A stretch of DNA of 64,000 nt from Mycobacteriales bacterium. GTDB taxonomy: Bacteria > Actinomycetota > Actinomycetes > JAFAQI01. Made by a program: the position numbers and the translations under genes. Positions 35,038 through 44,200 of the stretch are shown one piece after another. The DNA lies in assembly GCA_036267755.1 (NCBI GenBank), contig DATAVK010000077.1:7855-71854 (forward strand). Direction: 5' to 3'. The notes below the pieces were generated by a model. It ran no database searches and had not been told where the DNA came from. It saw only the letters and a list, made by a program, of their open reading frames with translations. Within the stretch, counting starts at the first letter, position 1. Each line of letters begins with the position of its first letter.

Positions 35038-36116
35038 TGAGCACGGCCGCCGAGTTCGTCTACGAGGCGCTGCCGATGCGGGTCGTCGTCGGCCCCGGCA
35101 CCGTGAGACGAGTGCGAGGCGAGCTCGACCGGCTGGGTGTCACACGTGCTCTCGTGCTGTGTACACCCGGGCAGCGGCCGGTCGGTCAGGCCGTCGCGGA
35201 CCTGCTCGGCGAGGTCTCCGCGGGGCTGCTGGCCGAGGCTCGGATGCACGTGCCGGTCGCGGTGGCCGAGCGAGCTCGAGACGTGGCGCGGGAGGTCGGG
35301 GCAACCGGCTGCGTCGCTGTCGGTGGTGGCTCGGCGATTGGGTTGGGAAAGGCCGTGGCCCTCGACCTCGGGCTGCCCGTGGTCGCCATCCCGACGACGT
35401 ACGCCGGCTCGGAGATGACTCCGGTCTGGGGCCTGACCGACGACACCGGAAAGCACACCGGCCGCGACCAGCGGGTGTTGCCAAGCAGCGTCATCTACGA
35501 CCCGGAGCTCACCCTGTCCTTGCCAGCGGCCACGTCGGTGACGAGTGGCTTCAACGCCGTCGCCCACGCGGTCGAGGCGCTATACGCGCCGGACGTCACG
35601 CCGATCATCTCCTTGATGGCCGGGGAAGGGACGCGGGCGGTCGTCGCGGCGTTGCCCGACATCGCGGCCGACCCGACGGATCTCGACGCCAGATCGGCAG
35701 CGCAGTACGGCGCCTGGCTGTGCGGCGCGTGTCTCGCAGCCACCACGATGTCGTTGCACCACAAGCTCTGTCACGCCCTTGGCGGCACCCTCGACCTGCC
35801 GCATGCGCCGACCCACACCGTCGTACTCCCGCATGTCCTGGCCTACAACCAGGCCAGCGCGCCGGCCGCGCGGCGTGCGCTCGGCACCGCCCTGGACACC
35901 GACGATCCCGCGCTGACGCTCTGGCAGCTGGCCGGTGACCTCGGCGCTCCCCGCTCACTTCACGAACTGGGGATGGCGGCCTCCGACATCGACGTGATCG
36001 CTGCCCAGGCGACCGACAATCCGTATGCGAACCCGCGTCCTGTCACGCGTGAGGACGTCGCTGCGCTGCTGCGTGACGCGTGGTCCGGTGCCCGGCCGGG
36101 CTCGTCGATTGCGTGA
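35037..36116 (+). CDS. maleylacetate reductase (iron-containing alcohol dehydrogenase family)
   Basis: Fe-ADH fold motifs (GGGSAIGLGKAVA). Position after the intradiol dioxygenase fits the hydroxyquinol pathway. Confidence 0.8.
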   Translation: MSTAAEFVYEALPMRVVVGPGTVRRVRGELDRLGVTRALVLCTPGQRPVGQAVADLLGEVSAGLLAEARMHVPVAVAERARDVAREVGATGCVAVGGGSAIGLGKAVALDLGLPVVAIPTTYAGSEMTPVWGLTDDTGKHTGRDQRVLPSSVIYDPELTLSLPAATSVTSGFNAVAHAVEALYAPDVTPIISLMAGEGTRAVVAALPDIAADPTDLDARSAAQYGAWLCGACLAATTMSLHHKLCHALGGTLDLPHAPTHTVVLPHVLAYNQASAPAARRALGTALDTDDPALTLWQLAGDLGAPRSLHELGMAASDIDVIAAQATDNPYANPRPVTREDVAALLRDAWSGARPGSSIA

Positions 36117-36131
36117 GGCCGGGCGAGGTGG

Positions 36132-36698
36132 CTAGGCCTTGCGCGCGATCCGGGTTTCCCGCGCGAGGACGGTGCCCTTCCTGGTGCTCAGGGTGAGCGT
36201 CTTGGCCGTGCAGTGGAACACCTCGTGGGTGACGCCACTCTGCGGCAGCGTGCCCGCATGGTGCTTACCGCGGTAGTGGTAGCTGTTCGTGCTGCTCTTC
36301 GTCCAGCCCTTCTCGGTGCTGCGTAGCCGATGGTGGCTGGTCACCTTGAACAGCAGCCGTTGGTAGCCGTGGATCACTTGCTTGAGCCGGTGGCCGCGGA
36401 AGTGACCGATCAGCGGCTTGGCATGGATCCAGGTGTTGTGGTCGATGCCGCTGGCGGAGATGTGGTCGATATCCCCACCGCCATACCGCATGTGGACCTT
36501 GTGCCCCTCGAAGTACGTCGACGTCTTGATCGCGTTGTCGTGCCAGGTGCCGATCAGGCAGTGGGCGCCGATCTTCGGCTTGTGGTGCACGGCGCTCGGG
36601 TGGCTGTCGGTAACGCCGTCGGCCGCCGGAAGGCCGGCCAGGGCGAGGCCACCCACCGTGGCGGCGACAACCACAAATCGTGACAGAGCAGTCGGCAT
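36132..36698 (-). CDS. secreted His-rich small protein of unknown function
   Basis: Signal peptide (MPTALSRFVVVAATVGGLALAGLPAADG), then about 160 aa with about 15% His plus many Lys. No recognisable catalytic motif. Confidence 0.55.
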   Translation of the reverse strand: MPTALSRFVVVAATVGGLALAGLPAADGVTDSHPSAVHHKPKIGAHCLIGTWHDNAIKTSTYFEGHKVHMRYGGGDIDHISASGIDHNTWIHAKPLIGHFRGHRLKQVIHGYQRLLFKVTSHHRLRSTEKGWTKSSTNSYHYRGKHHAGTLPQSGVTHEVFHCTAKTLTLSTRKGTVLARETRIARKA

Positions 36699-36757
36699 CC
36701 CGTGACGATAACCCCGACCGCCCGCCACACCCACCCGCCGAGCCGCACCAATGGGCC

Positions 36758-37642
36758 ATGCATGTGGCGGTGATGCAGCATGGAGAGGTGACATACGCGC
36801 TCGAGGATCGGGTCACGGGGCTCGACCTGGTGGCCGACCTCGTCGCGGACGGCGACGTCGTGATCCTCTCCGGGGCCGGGCTGTCCACCGAATCCGGGAT
36901 TCCTGATTACCGCGGTCCGAGCGGGCGAGCTCGGCGAGCCGATCCCATGACCTACCAGGTCTTCGTGGGCGACGCGGCCGACCGGCAGCGCTACTGGGCA
37001 CGCAGCCACCTCGGCTGGCGACAGGTCGCCCACGCCCGACCGAACGCAGGCCATGCCGCCGTCGCCGAGCTCGAGCGACGCAACCTGCTGGCCGGCATCA
37101 TCACGCAGAACGTGGACGGGTTGCACCAGGCCGCCGGCGCCCAGCGGGTGCTCGATCTGCACGGTCGCCTCGACCGCGTCGTGTGTCTCGGCTGCGGCGT
37201 GCGCAGCCGGCGTGATCGGTTGGACGTGAGACTCCGCGAGGCGAACGCCGAGTGGGAGGCGACGGCCGAGCTCTTCCAGCCGGACGGCGACGCGATCGTC
37301 GCGGCCACCGAGGTGGCTCGCTTCCAGGTCGTGGACTGCGAGTCGTGCGGCGGTCTGCTCAAGCCCGACGTGGTGTTCTTCGGCGAGAACGTGCCGCGCC
37401 CCCAGGTCGAGCACTCGTACGCGATGGTGGAGAGCGCGGGCGCGTTGCTGGTGCTCGGGTCGTCCCTGACGGTGGCGTCCGGCTACCGCTTCGTCCGGCA
37501 CGCGGCGAAGCTTGGCGTGCCGGTCGCGATCATCAACCAAGGACCGACCCGCGGTGACGGGCTCGCTGTCGGTCGCATCGACGCACCGCTGGGTACGACG
37601 CTCAGCACTCTAGTCGTGCAGCTTGCGGACCCAGCTGCCTGA
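36758..37642 (+). CDS. Sir2-family NAD-dependent protein deacylase
   Basis: Sirtuin motifs (GAGLSTESGIPDYRG, QNVDGLH) and a Zn ribbon (CLGCG...CESCGG). Confidence 0.85.
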   Translation: MHVAVMQHGEVTYALEDRVTGLDLVADLVADGDVVILSGAGLSTESGIPDYRGPSGRARRADPMTYQVFVGDAADRQRYWARSHLGWRQVAHARPNAGHAAVAELERRNLLAGIITQNVDGLHQAAGAQRVLDLHGRLDRVVCLGCGVRSRRDRLDVRLREANAEWEATAELFQPDGDAIVAATEVARFQVVDCESCGGLLKPDVVFFGENVPRPQVEHSYAMVESAGALLVLGSSLTVASGYRFVRHAAKLGVPVAIINQGPTRGDGLAVGRIDAPLGTTLSTLVVQLADPAA

Positions 37643-38326
37643 TCACCCGGATGCCGGGCGCGACGACCCATGGCGGAACGGCGCATCGAGGATCAGCAGC
37701 AACACGATCGCCAACGCCGCGGCGCTGACGACGTACCAAGGCCACGGTCCGAGGACCGACAGCAGCGAAGCGTGTTGCGGCACCGCCGCGAGGAACATGT
37801 AGTTCGAGCCGGTCAGCCAGTCGAACCCGCCAACGAAGACGGTGTAGCCCGCCGTGATCGCGAACACCCGCGGCACCGACCCGCGACGCGGCCGCCGGCG
37901 CAGGCCCACCACCAAAAACACTGCCGCCAGAACGATTCCGACGTGCCCGATGACGTACTCGAAGAACTCGAGGTGGGGGAAGCCGACCGACAGGTCGGGA
38001 GTCGCCACCGCCTGCAGCGTGCCGGCGAGGCCCCAGAAATACGTCAGCTCGACAGCGAGTTGCAGCTGCGGTCGCCAGCAGGCAACGGCCGCAACGATCA
38101 GAGCGACGTCACACAACGCCAGTGGCAACGACGACTGCACGCTCCAGCGGCCGTTCACCCACGGGGCGGTCACGAACACCAGTGCGTCCGCTGCCAGGAC
38201 GAGGGAGATGGCGCGACCGGGGTATCCCACCCACCGGCCAGGTCGATGCCTGGCACCGAGGCACAGTGCGACCCCGGCCGCGACGCCGAGTGAGACGGCG
38301 ACCCAGTAGGCGACCGGCGAGGTCAC
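37643..38326 (-). CDS. integral membrane protein (possibly TIGR02206/YwaF-like family)
   Basis: Hydrophobic protein. GTG at 38326 preceded by GGAGGG. The ORF's N-terminal Pro/Ser-rich extension is rejected. Family call tentative. Confidence 0.5.
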   Translation of the reverse strand: MTSPVAYWVAVSLGVAAGVALCLGARHRPGRWVGYPGRAISLVLAADALVFVTAPWVNGRWSVQSSLPLALCDVALIVAAVACWRPQLQLAVELTYFWGLAGTLQAVATPDLSVGFPHLEFFEYVIGHVGIVLAAVFLVVGLRRRPRRGSVPRVFAITAGYTVFVGGFDWLTGSNYMFLAAVPQHASLLSVLGPWPWYVVSAAALAIVLLLILDAPFRHGSSRPASG

Positions 38327-38388
38327 CGGTTCATCATCCCTCCGCCGAACCGAGCTGAGGGCAACGAATCTGTGGAACCCTCGGCCGG

Positions 38389-39705
38389 GTGGGCGACCGG
38401 CAGGAGATCTCGGCCTGGTCGATGTACTCGTGGGCCAACCACGGCTGGGAGACCACGGTGTCGACGGTCTTGATCGGGCCGTGGCTGCTGGCACTCGCGA
38501 CGAAGCATCGCGCCGGGTCGTCGACGCTGTTCAGCGTCATCGGGCTGCACCTCAAAGCGGAGTCGTTCCCGTCCTTCGTTGTCACGCTGGCCGCCCTGGC
38601 GCAGCTCGTCGTGCTGCCGTCGCTCGGGGCGGCGTCCGACCGGCTGGCCGACCGGCGCCGCTGGCTGTCCGGCGCCTGCGTGGCAGGCTCGGCCGTAGCT
38701 GTCCTACTCGCAGCGACTTCGGGCGGACAGTACGTCGTCGCCGGCGGGCTGTTCATCATCGGGAGCCTGGCCTACGGCGGGTCGAACGTGCTGTACAACG
38801 CCTATCTCCCGGAGATCGCGTCGCCGAAAGAGCGCGACTCAGTCTCGAGCCGAGGCTTCGCCTACGGGTACGTCGGTGGCGGGCTGCTACTGGCCGCGAA
38901 CCTTGCGCTGCTGCTGGCGCATCACGACATCGGCCTCAGCAAGTCGACCGCCGTACGGATCTGCTTCGTCTCGGCAGGCGCGTGGTGGTCGGTATTCGGG
39001 CTGTTGTCGTTGCGGCGGTTGCGAGGCCAGCGCCGTCCGGCCGATTCGTCGGCGCCGGCCGCCTCCCGTCGATGGTCGACGCGGGATACGTTCCGGCTGG
39101 TCTGGCGGATGCCGCAGACCCGGCGGTACCTGTTGGCGTACCTGCTGTTCTCCGATGCCATCTCGGCCGTGATCGGCCTGTCGTCAACGTTCATCACCCA
39201 TGAGCTGTTCGGCAACAGCGCCTCGCGCGCGGCCACGTTCCTCTTCGCGTTGATCTTGCTCATCCAGTTCGTCGCCATGGCCGGCGCCATGGCGTTCGCT
39301 CGTCTCGCCGCGCGGTTCGGCACCAAGCGGGTGCTGTTGGGCAGCCTGGTCATCTGGTGCCTCGTCATCCTCTACACCTACGCGGCGTTGCGGTCCAAGG
39401 CCCAGGCGGTGGTGGTCGGGATCGTGATCGGCATCGTGCTCGGTGGATCACAAGCGCTGGCACGGTCGTTGTGGTCGCAGCTCATCCCGCCGAGTCGGGA
39501 GGCGGCGTTCTTCGGGATCTTCGAGGTGGCAAACGAAGGAACCGCCTGGATCGCGCCGCTGCTGTTCACCGTTGTCGTGAACGCCACCGGCTCCTACCAC
39601 CAGGCGATCCTGTCGTTGCTCATCCTGTTCGTGACCGGCGGTGGCGTCCTCGCACTGACGGACCTGGACGCGGCGCGCACCGAGCAGCAAGGACTCGCCA
39701 CGTAG
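38389..39705 (+). CDS. MFS transporter, UMF1 (Atg22-like) family
   Basis: N-terminal motif EISAWSMYSWANHGWETTV, characteristic of UMF1. 12 predicted TM segments. Confidence 0.75.
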   Translation: MGDRQEISAWSMYSWANHGWETTVSTVLIGPWLLALATKHRAGSSTLFSVIGLHLKAESFPSFVVTLAALAQLVVLPSLGAASDRLADRRRWLSGACVAGSAVAVLLAATSGGQYVVAGGLFIIGSLAYGGSNVLYNAYLPEIASPKERDSVSSRGFAYGYVGGGLLLAANLALLLAHHDIGLSKSTAVRICFVSAGAWWSVFGLLSLRRLRGQRRPADSSAPAASRRWSTRDTFRLVWRMPQTRRYLLAYLLFSDAISAVIGLSSTFITHELFGNSASRAATFLFALILLIQFVAMAGAMAFARLAARFGTKRVLLGSLVIWCLVILYTYAALRSKAQAVVVGIVIGIVLGGSQALARSLWSQLIPPSREAAFFGIFEVANEGTAWIAPLLFTVVVNATGSYHQAILSLLILFVTGGGVLALTDLDAARTEQQGLAT

Positions 39706-39811
39706 CCGGATGCACCGAATGCGCGAAAAAGTGACGCCGGTTGGCCCAATCGAGTGACGCGATATCGGGGGGTTCGCGCCGTACTCTCGTTATATGGCCG
39801 GACCAGGTGGT

Positions 39812-40654
39812 ATGACGCTGCCGTCGCGCGCGTCCGGCGTTATCGATCGGTCGCTCGGTGACGAGACGATCCTTTACGACACCCGCAGCGACCAGGTTCA
39901 CCTGCTGGACCCGCTCGCCGCGGCGGTGTGGAACAGCTGCGACGGGGCATCACACAGCGCCGGTCAGCTGGTTGCCGCCGTTCGTGCGATCGACCCCGCT
40001 GCCGACAGCCGCACCGTGGACGCCGCCCTGAGCCGGCTCGACGAGATCGGGGTGCTCGCGCAGGGCATGTCCCGACGCACGATGCTGATGCGCGCTGCCG
40101 CCGTCGGTACCGGAGTCATCGTGATCCCGACCGTGACCAGCCTGGTCGGGCCGGTCGTCGCCGCGCATGCCAGCACGATGCACACGATCGTGCTGCAGAG
40201 CACCGCGCAGACCGCCGGGAAGCGGGACCCCGCCATCCAGGCCTGCGACACCGCAACGGGCACCTACATCGCGGCTTACGCCTTCACCAACTCGACGTAC
40301 TCCACGGTGGCCGGCACTGGGTGGGTCAGCTTCAACAACGGCGGCAGCGGCGCCAACCAGCACTACTACTACCGGATCCCGTTCACCCTGCCGACCGGCT
40401 TCAACCACGCGTCGATCACCCTCACCGGCTATACCGATGACTCCGCGGTCGTGTGGCTGAACGCGCCAACCACGGCATCGGGCGGCACCCAGATCGGCAC
40501 GGTCGGAGCCTGGAACGGCACCGCGACCACGTTCACCTACAACGCCACCGCGGGCTGGACTGCCGGCACTCACTACCTCTACTTCGTCGAGTTCAACTCC
40601 GGCGGTGGCGCGGAGGGCATCGACTTCTCCGCGACCATCACCTACAGCGCCTGA
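39812..40654 (+). CDS. protein with N-terminal PqqD-like (RRE-like) domain, internal Tat-like/TM segment and Thr/Gly-rich extracellular beta-rich domain
   Basis: ATG at 39812 preceded by AGGTGG (alternative ATG at 39794). Residues about 10-85 match the PqqD pattern (GDETILYDTRSDQVHLLDPLAAAVWNSCDG...VDAALSRLDEIGVL). Then SRRTMLMRAAAVGTGVIVIPTVTSLVGPVVAAHA, then a Thr/Gly/Tyr-rich domain. Confidence 0.6.
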   Translation: MTLPSRASGVIDRSLGDETILYDTRSDQVHLLDPLAAAVWNSCDGASHSAGQLVAAVRAIDPAADSRTVDAALSRLDEIGVLAQGMSRRTMLMRAAAVGTGVIVIPTVTSLVGPVVAAHASTMHTIVLQSTAQTAGKRDPAIQACDTATGTYIAAYAFTNSTYSTVAGTGWVSFNNGGSGANQHYYYRIPFTLPTGFNHASITLTGYTDDSAVVWLNAPTTASGGTQIGTVGAWNGTATTFTYNATAGWTAGTHYLYFVEFNSGGGAEGIDFSATITYSA

Positions 40655-41697
40655 CCTCGCGCGTCGGCGAGCTCGCGCGCCAGCCGGGTCACCAGTTCCG
40701 CTGCCGGCTCCTCGGTGACGTCACGCCAGCGAGCCCCGGCCCATAAGTGAAGGTTGTCGGCGTCGCCAGCCGCCGCCGCAGCGACCCGGATCGGCCGGGT
40801 CACATGATGCACCTCGGGATAGCTCGCCGGTGCCTGGTCGTTGCGGCGCCGGACGAAGCCGTTGACCAGCGCCCGAGCCGGCCGGCCGGTGAAGGCGCGG
40901 GTGAAGGTGGTCTCGGGGTACGGCGCATCGAGCAGGGCCTGTCGGTACGTCGCAGCCGCACCTGACTCCGGGCAACACACAAACGCGGTTCCCAACGCGG
41001 CAGCCACCGCTCCGCGGTCCAGCGCCGCCGCGATGTCGGCTCCGCTGGCTATGCCGCCTGCCGCGATCATCGGCACGGTCGTGACCGCGGCAACCTCCGC
41101 GAGCAGATCGAGGACACCGACCGTCGGGCCGCCCGCAACAAGCGACGTGTCGTCCCGGAACACGCCGCGATGGCCGCCAGCCTCGGCGCCCTGCACCGCG
41201 AGCAGGTCGACACCGTCCTCGACGGCCAGCGCAGCCTCCGACGTGGACGTGACGGTGGCGGCCACCAGCGCGCCGGTGTCGCGACGCAACCGCTCGCAGA
41301 GCTCCACCCCTGGCCGGTCGAAAGTGACACTCACGACCGCGGGTCGGTGCCGAACAAGCACGTCGAGCTTGTCTGGCAGTGCGTCGTCATCCCACCGCGG
41401 TGCGCCTGGCGCCGTCCCCAGTTGCTCGGCGAGCGGCACGAGGCTTGCCCGGTAGGCCTCGACGGCCGTGAGGTCGGAGGTCCGGGGTGAGGGCAAGAAG
41501 AGGTTGACGCCGTACGGCTGGTCAGTAAGCGCCTCGATCGAGGTGAGCTGGCCATCGAACGCCTCGGGAGTCAAGTAGCCGGCGGCGAGGAACCCCATGC
41601 CACCGGCCTCACTCACCGCCGCCGCGAGTGCCGGCGTCGACGGCCCGCCCGCCATCGGCGCGGCGATGATCGGCAACCGGTTCGGCAACAGTGGCAT
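40642..41697 (-). CDS. nitronate monooxygenase (NMO, 2-nitropropane dioxygenase-like FMN enzyme)
   Basis: NMO motifs (PIIAAPMAGG, GAEAGGHRG). Confidence 0.8.
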   Translation of the reverse strand: MPLLPNRLPIIAAPMAGGPSTPALAAAVSEAGGMGFLAAGYLTPEAFDGQLTSIEALTDQPYGVNLFLPSPRTSDLTAVEAYRASLVPLAEQLGTAPGAPRWDDDALPDKLDVLVRHRPAVVSVTFDRPGVELCERLRRDTGALVAATVTSTSEAALAVEDGVDLLAVQGAEAGGHRGVFRDDTSLVAGGPTVGVLDLLAEVAAVTTVPMIAAGGIASGADIAAALDRGAVAAALGTAFVCCPESGAAATYRQALLDAPYPETTFTRAFTGRPARALVNGFVRRRNDQAPASYPEVHHVTRPIRVAAAAAGDADNLHLWAGARWRDVTEEPAAELVTRLARELADARGQAL

Positions 41698-41786
41698 CGG
41701 CAGTCAACCTAGCCGCCGGTCGAGTCGCACCGGGGTGCGAGGATCGCACCGGGACGGTGGGGCGGGCCGCCCGCGAGGGAGGCAAC

Positions 41787-42833
41787 GTGCGTGCACTGAC
41801 CGTCAAGCCCACTGTGAAGGACTCGCTGCAGCTCAGCGACCTTCCCGATCCTGACGCCGCCGAGGGGTCCGTACTCGTCGCCGGGCTCGAGGTGGGCCTG
41901 TGCGGCACCGACGTCGAGATCGTCTCCGGTGCCTACGGCGCCGCGCCGCCGGGCCACGAGCTGCTGGTGCTCGGACACGAGAACCTCGGCCGAGTCCGAG
42001 AGGCACCGGCGGGTGGGGAACTTCATGAGGGCGATCTCGTCGTCGGCATTGTGCGGCGACCTGACCCGGTTCCCTGCGGCGCGTGTGCTGCCGGCGAGTG
42101 GGACATGTGCCGCAACGGCAAGTACACCGAGCACGGAATCATGGGTCTCGACGGATTCGCGCGGGAGCTGTGGCGCGCCGAGCCGGACGCCATGGTGCGG
42201 CTGGACCCGGGACTGTCCGAGGTCGGCGTGTTGCTCGAGCCGACCACGATCGTCGCCAAGGCCTGGGAGCAGATCGACCGGATCGGCACCCGCGCGTTCT
42301 ACGACCCGCACGTTGCGGTCGTTACCGGTGCCGGCCCGGTCGGGCTGCTGGCGGCGCTGCTCGGCGTGCAGCGCGGCCTTGAGGTGCATGTGTTCGATCA
42401 GGTCACGTCCGGGCCCAAGCCGGCACTGGTCGCGGACCTCGGAGCGACCTACCACTCCGACACGCTGACCGATTCTGGGATCCAGGGTGACGTGCTCGTT
42501 GAGTGCACTGGCGTGGCGTCGGTCATCGTGGAAGCCCTCAGTGGCGGCGCCATCGACGCCATCACGTGCCTGACCGGCGTGTCGACTCCGGGAAAGCAGG
42601 AGGACCTGGACATCGGGGCGCTGAACCGGAGCTGGGTGCTGCGCAACGACGTCGTCTTCGGCAGCGTCAACGCCAACCGACGGCACTACGACGCGGCTGC
42701 GAAGGCACTCGCTGCTGCCGACCCCGCGTGGCTGGGGCGGCTGATCACGCGCCGGGTGCCGCTGGCGCGCTACGCCGACGCGTTCGCGCGAGGCGAAGAC
42801 GACGTGAAGGTCGTCTTGGACCTGGGAGCATGA
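41787..42833 (+). CDS. zinc-dependent medium-chain dehydrogenase/reductase, glucose 1-dehydrogenase-like
   Basis: GTG at 41787 preceded by GAGGGAGG. Zn-binding GHE motif and Cys cluster (CGAC...C). NAD(P) site GAGPVGLLAA. Confidence 0.75.
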   Translation: MRALTVKPTVKDSLQLSDLPDPDAAEGSVLVAGLEVGLCGTDVEIVSGAYGAAPPGHELLVLGHENLGRVREAPAGGELHEGDLVVGIVRRPDPVPCGACAAGEWDMCRNGKYTEHGIMGLDGFARELWRAEPDAMVRLDPGLSEVGVLLEPTTIVAKAWEQIDRIGTRAFYDPHVAVVTGAGPVGLLAALLGVQRGLEVHVFDQVTSGPKPALVADLGATYHSDTLTDSGIQGDVLVECTGVASVIVEALSGGAIDAITCLTGVSTPGKQEDLDIGALNRSWVLRNDVVFGSVNANRRHYDAAAKALAAADPAWLGRLITRRVPLARYADAFARGEDDVKVVLDLGA

Positions 42834-43826
42834 TCATGGTGCGCTCAACCGGGTGCTAGCAGCGCGCGCGACCGCGAGCGCAACCACCATGCTGACGACC
42901 AGAAGTACGTCGAGCGAACCCGCGCGGAAGATGTCGTTTGAGCCGGCCGGGGACGTGACCACCCACCAGGCGGCTGACCCGAGGATGCCGAGCATGCCGA
43001 TGGCGGCTGCCCGGGCCAGCCGCGCTTCGACGGTCAAGGCCGTCGGGGACCAGCTGACCCGGCGCACCAGCCGCACCGCACCGAGCCCAGTCACCGCAAG
43101 AGTGATGGGACTGACCACGGTCCAGACCAGCTGGCCGAGCGGCAACGCCAGCAGGTCGTGCGGATGCGCCCAATACGCCGTCAATCCCACGGTCTCGGCC
43201 CAACCGAAGCCGGCGAGGTGCTCGGGAAGCACCGGTAGGTGGCCCGGAAAGAACAGTGGAGACCGACCCGGTTCGCCAGCTGCACCGGGCCATCCGCCCT
43301 GCACGTGAAGTCCGCCGATGACGAGGATGCCGACACCTGCAGCGACCACCGCGATCGGGCCGATGATCGATCGTCCGTTGCCGTGCCGGAGATCGCTCAG
43401 CACGGCGAACCCGACCGGCATCGCGGCAAGCAGCGCCAGCAGGACGAGATAGGCGATGCCGACAGACATCACCACGACACCGGTCGTCACCGCCGGGCTG
43501 TCGGGTGGCGCCAGGCGAGATCCGACGACGAGCTGGGACCACAACGACGTACCGCACACCACGAAGGCCATGACGGCGACCCCCGTCGTCGCCAGCGCGC
43601 CTTGCGGATGGGTGGCGGTGCGATGACCGAGACCGGCCACCGATAGTCGGGCCGCCACGCCGTTGACGACCACGTCGCCGGTACGCCGCAACGACCGTGG
43701 CCGCTCGGCGAGATCAGCGACCAGCAACTCGGTGAACTCCTCGCCGTACCGGTCTCGCCAGCTTCGTGGGTACCACCGCAGCAGTCGTTCGGCCTGCCTG
43801 GTCGCGCCGCCGGTCCCGGTCGTCAT
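42834..43826 (-). CDS. integral membrane protein of unknown function (PadR-associated)
   Basis: Hydrophobic 330-aa ORF. Start overlaps the stop of the upstream PadR gene. Confidence 0.55.
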   Translation of the reverse strand: MTTGTGGATRQAERLLRWYPRSWRDRYGEEFTELLVADLAERPRSLRRTGDVVVNGVAARLSVAGLGHRTATHPQGALATTGVAVMAFVVCGTSLWSQLVVGSRLAPPDSPAVTTGVVVMSVGIAYLVLLALLAAMPVGFAVLSDLRHGNGRSIIGPIAVVAAGVGILVIGGLHVQGGWPGAAGEPGRSPLFFPGHLPVLPEHLAGFGWAETVGLTAYWAHPHDLLALPLGQLVWTVVSPITLAVTGLGAVRLVRRVSWSPTALTVEARLARAAAIGMLGILGSAAWWVVTSPAGSNDIFRAGSLDVLLVVSMVVALAVARAASTRLSAP

Positions 43827-44200
43827 GCCGATTTCCAGCTGCTGCGTAACCGGCGCAAGCCGACGTCGGCCACCCGGCGCTGGTCGGCGAGGTGCTCGCG
43901 CAGTGCCGTCGCACCGGCAGCGGTCAGCTGATAGGGACGCCGGCGGTCGTCGCTCGCCAGTGCCTCGATCAGCCCCTGCCCCTCGAGTCGAGTGAGGGCC
44001 TCATACAACGTCCCCGGGGCGAGCCGGACGCTGGCGAAGTCTTCGATGTCCTTCGTGAGCGCATATCCATGCTTGGGACCCTCGGCGAGGCTCGAGAGGA
44101 TGAGCGTCGCCGGCCCGGCGTACCGGCCGAACCCACCCAGCGACTCCGGGGATGCGGCGTCGGCCGGTCGAGCGGTGCCGCGCTTCGCCATGGCGGTCAC
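43823..44200 (-). CDS. PadR-family transcriptional regulator
   Basis: Winged-helix PadR motif (GPKHGYALTKDIE...GTLYEALTRLEGQGLIE). Start may be the ATG 9 nt downstream. Confidence 0.8.
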   Translation of the reverse strand: MTAMAKRGTARPADAASPESLGGFGRYAGPATLILSSLAEGPKHGYALTKDIEDFASVRLAPGTLYEALTRLEGQGLIEALASDDRRRPYQLTAAGATALREHLADQRRVADVGLRRLRSSWKSA

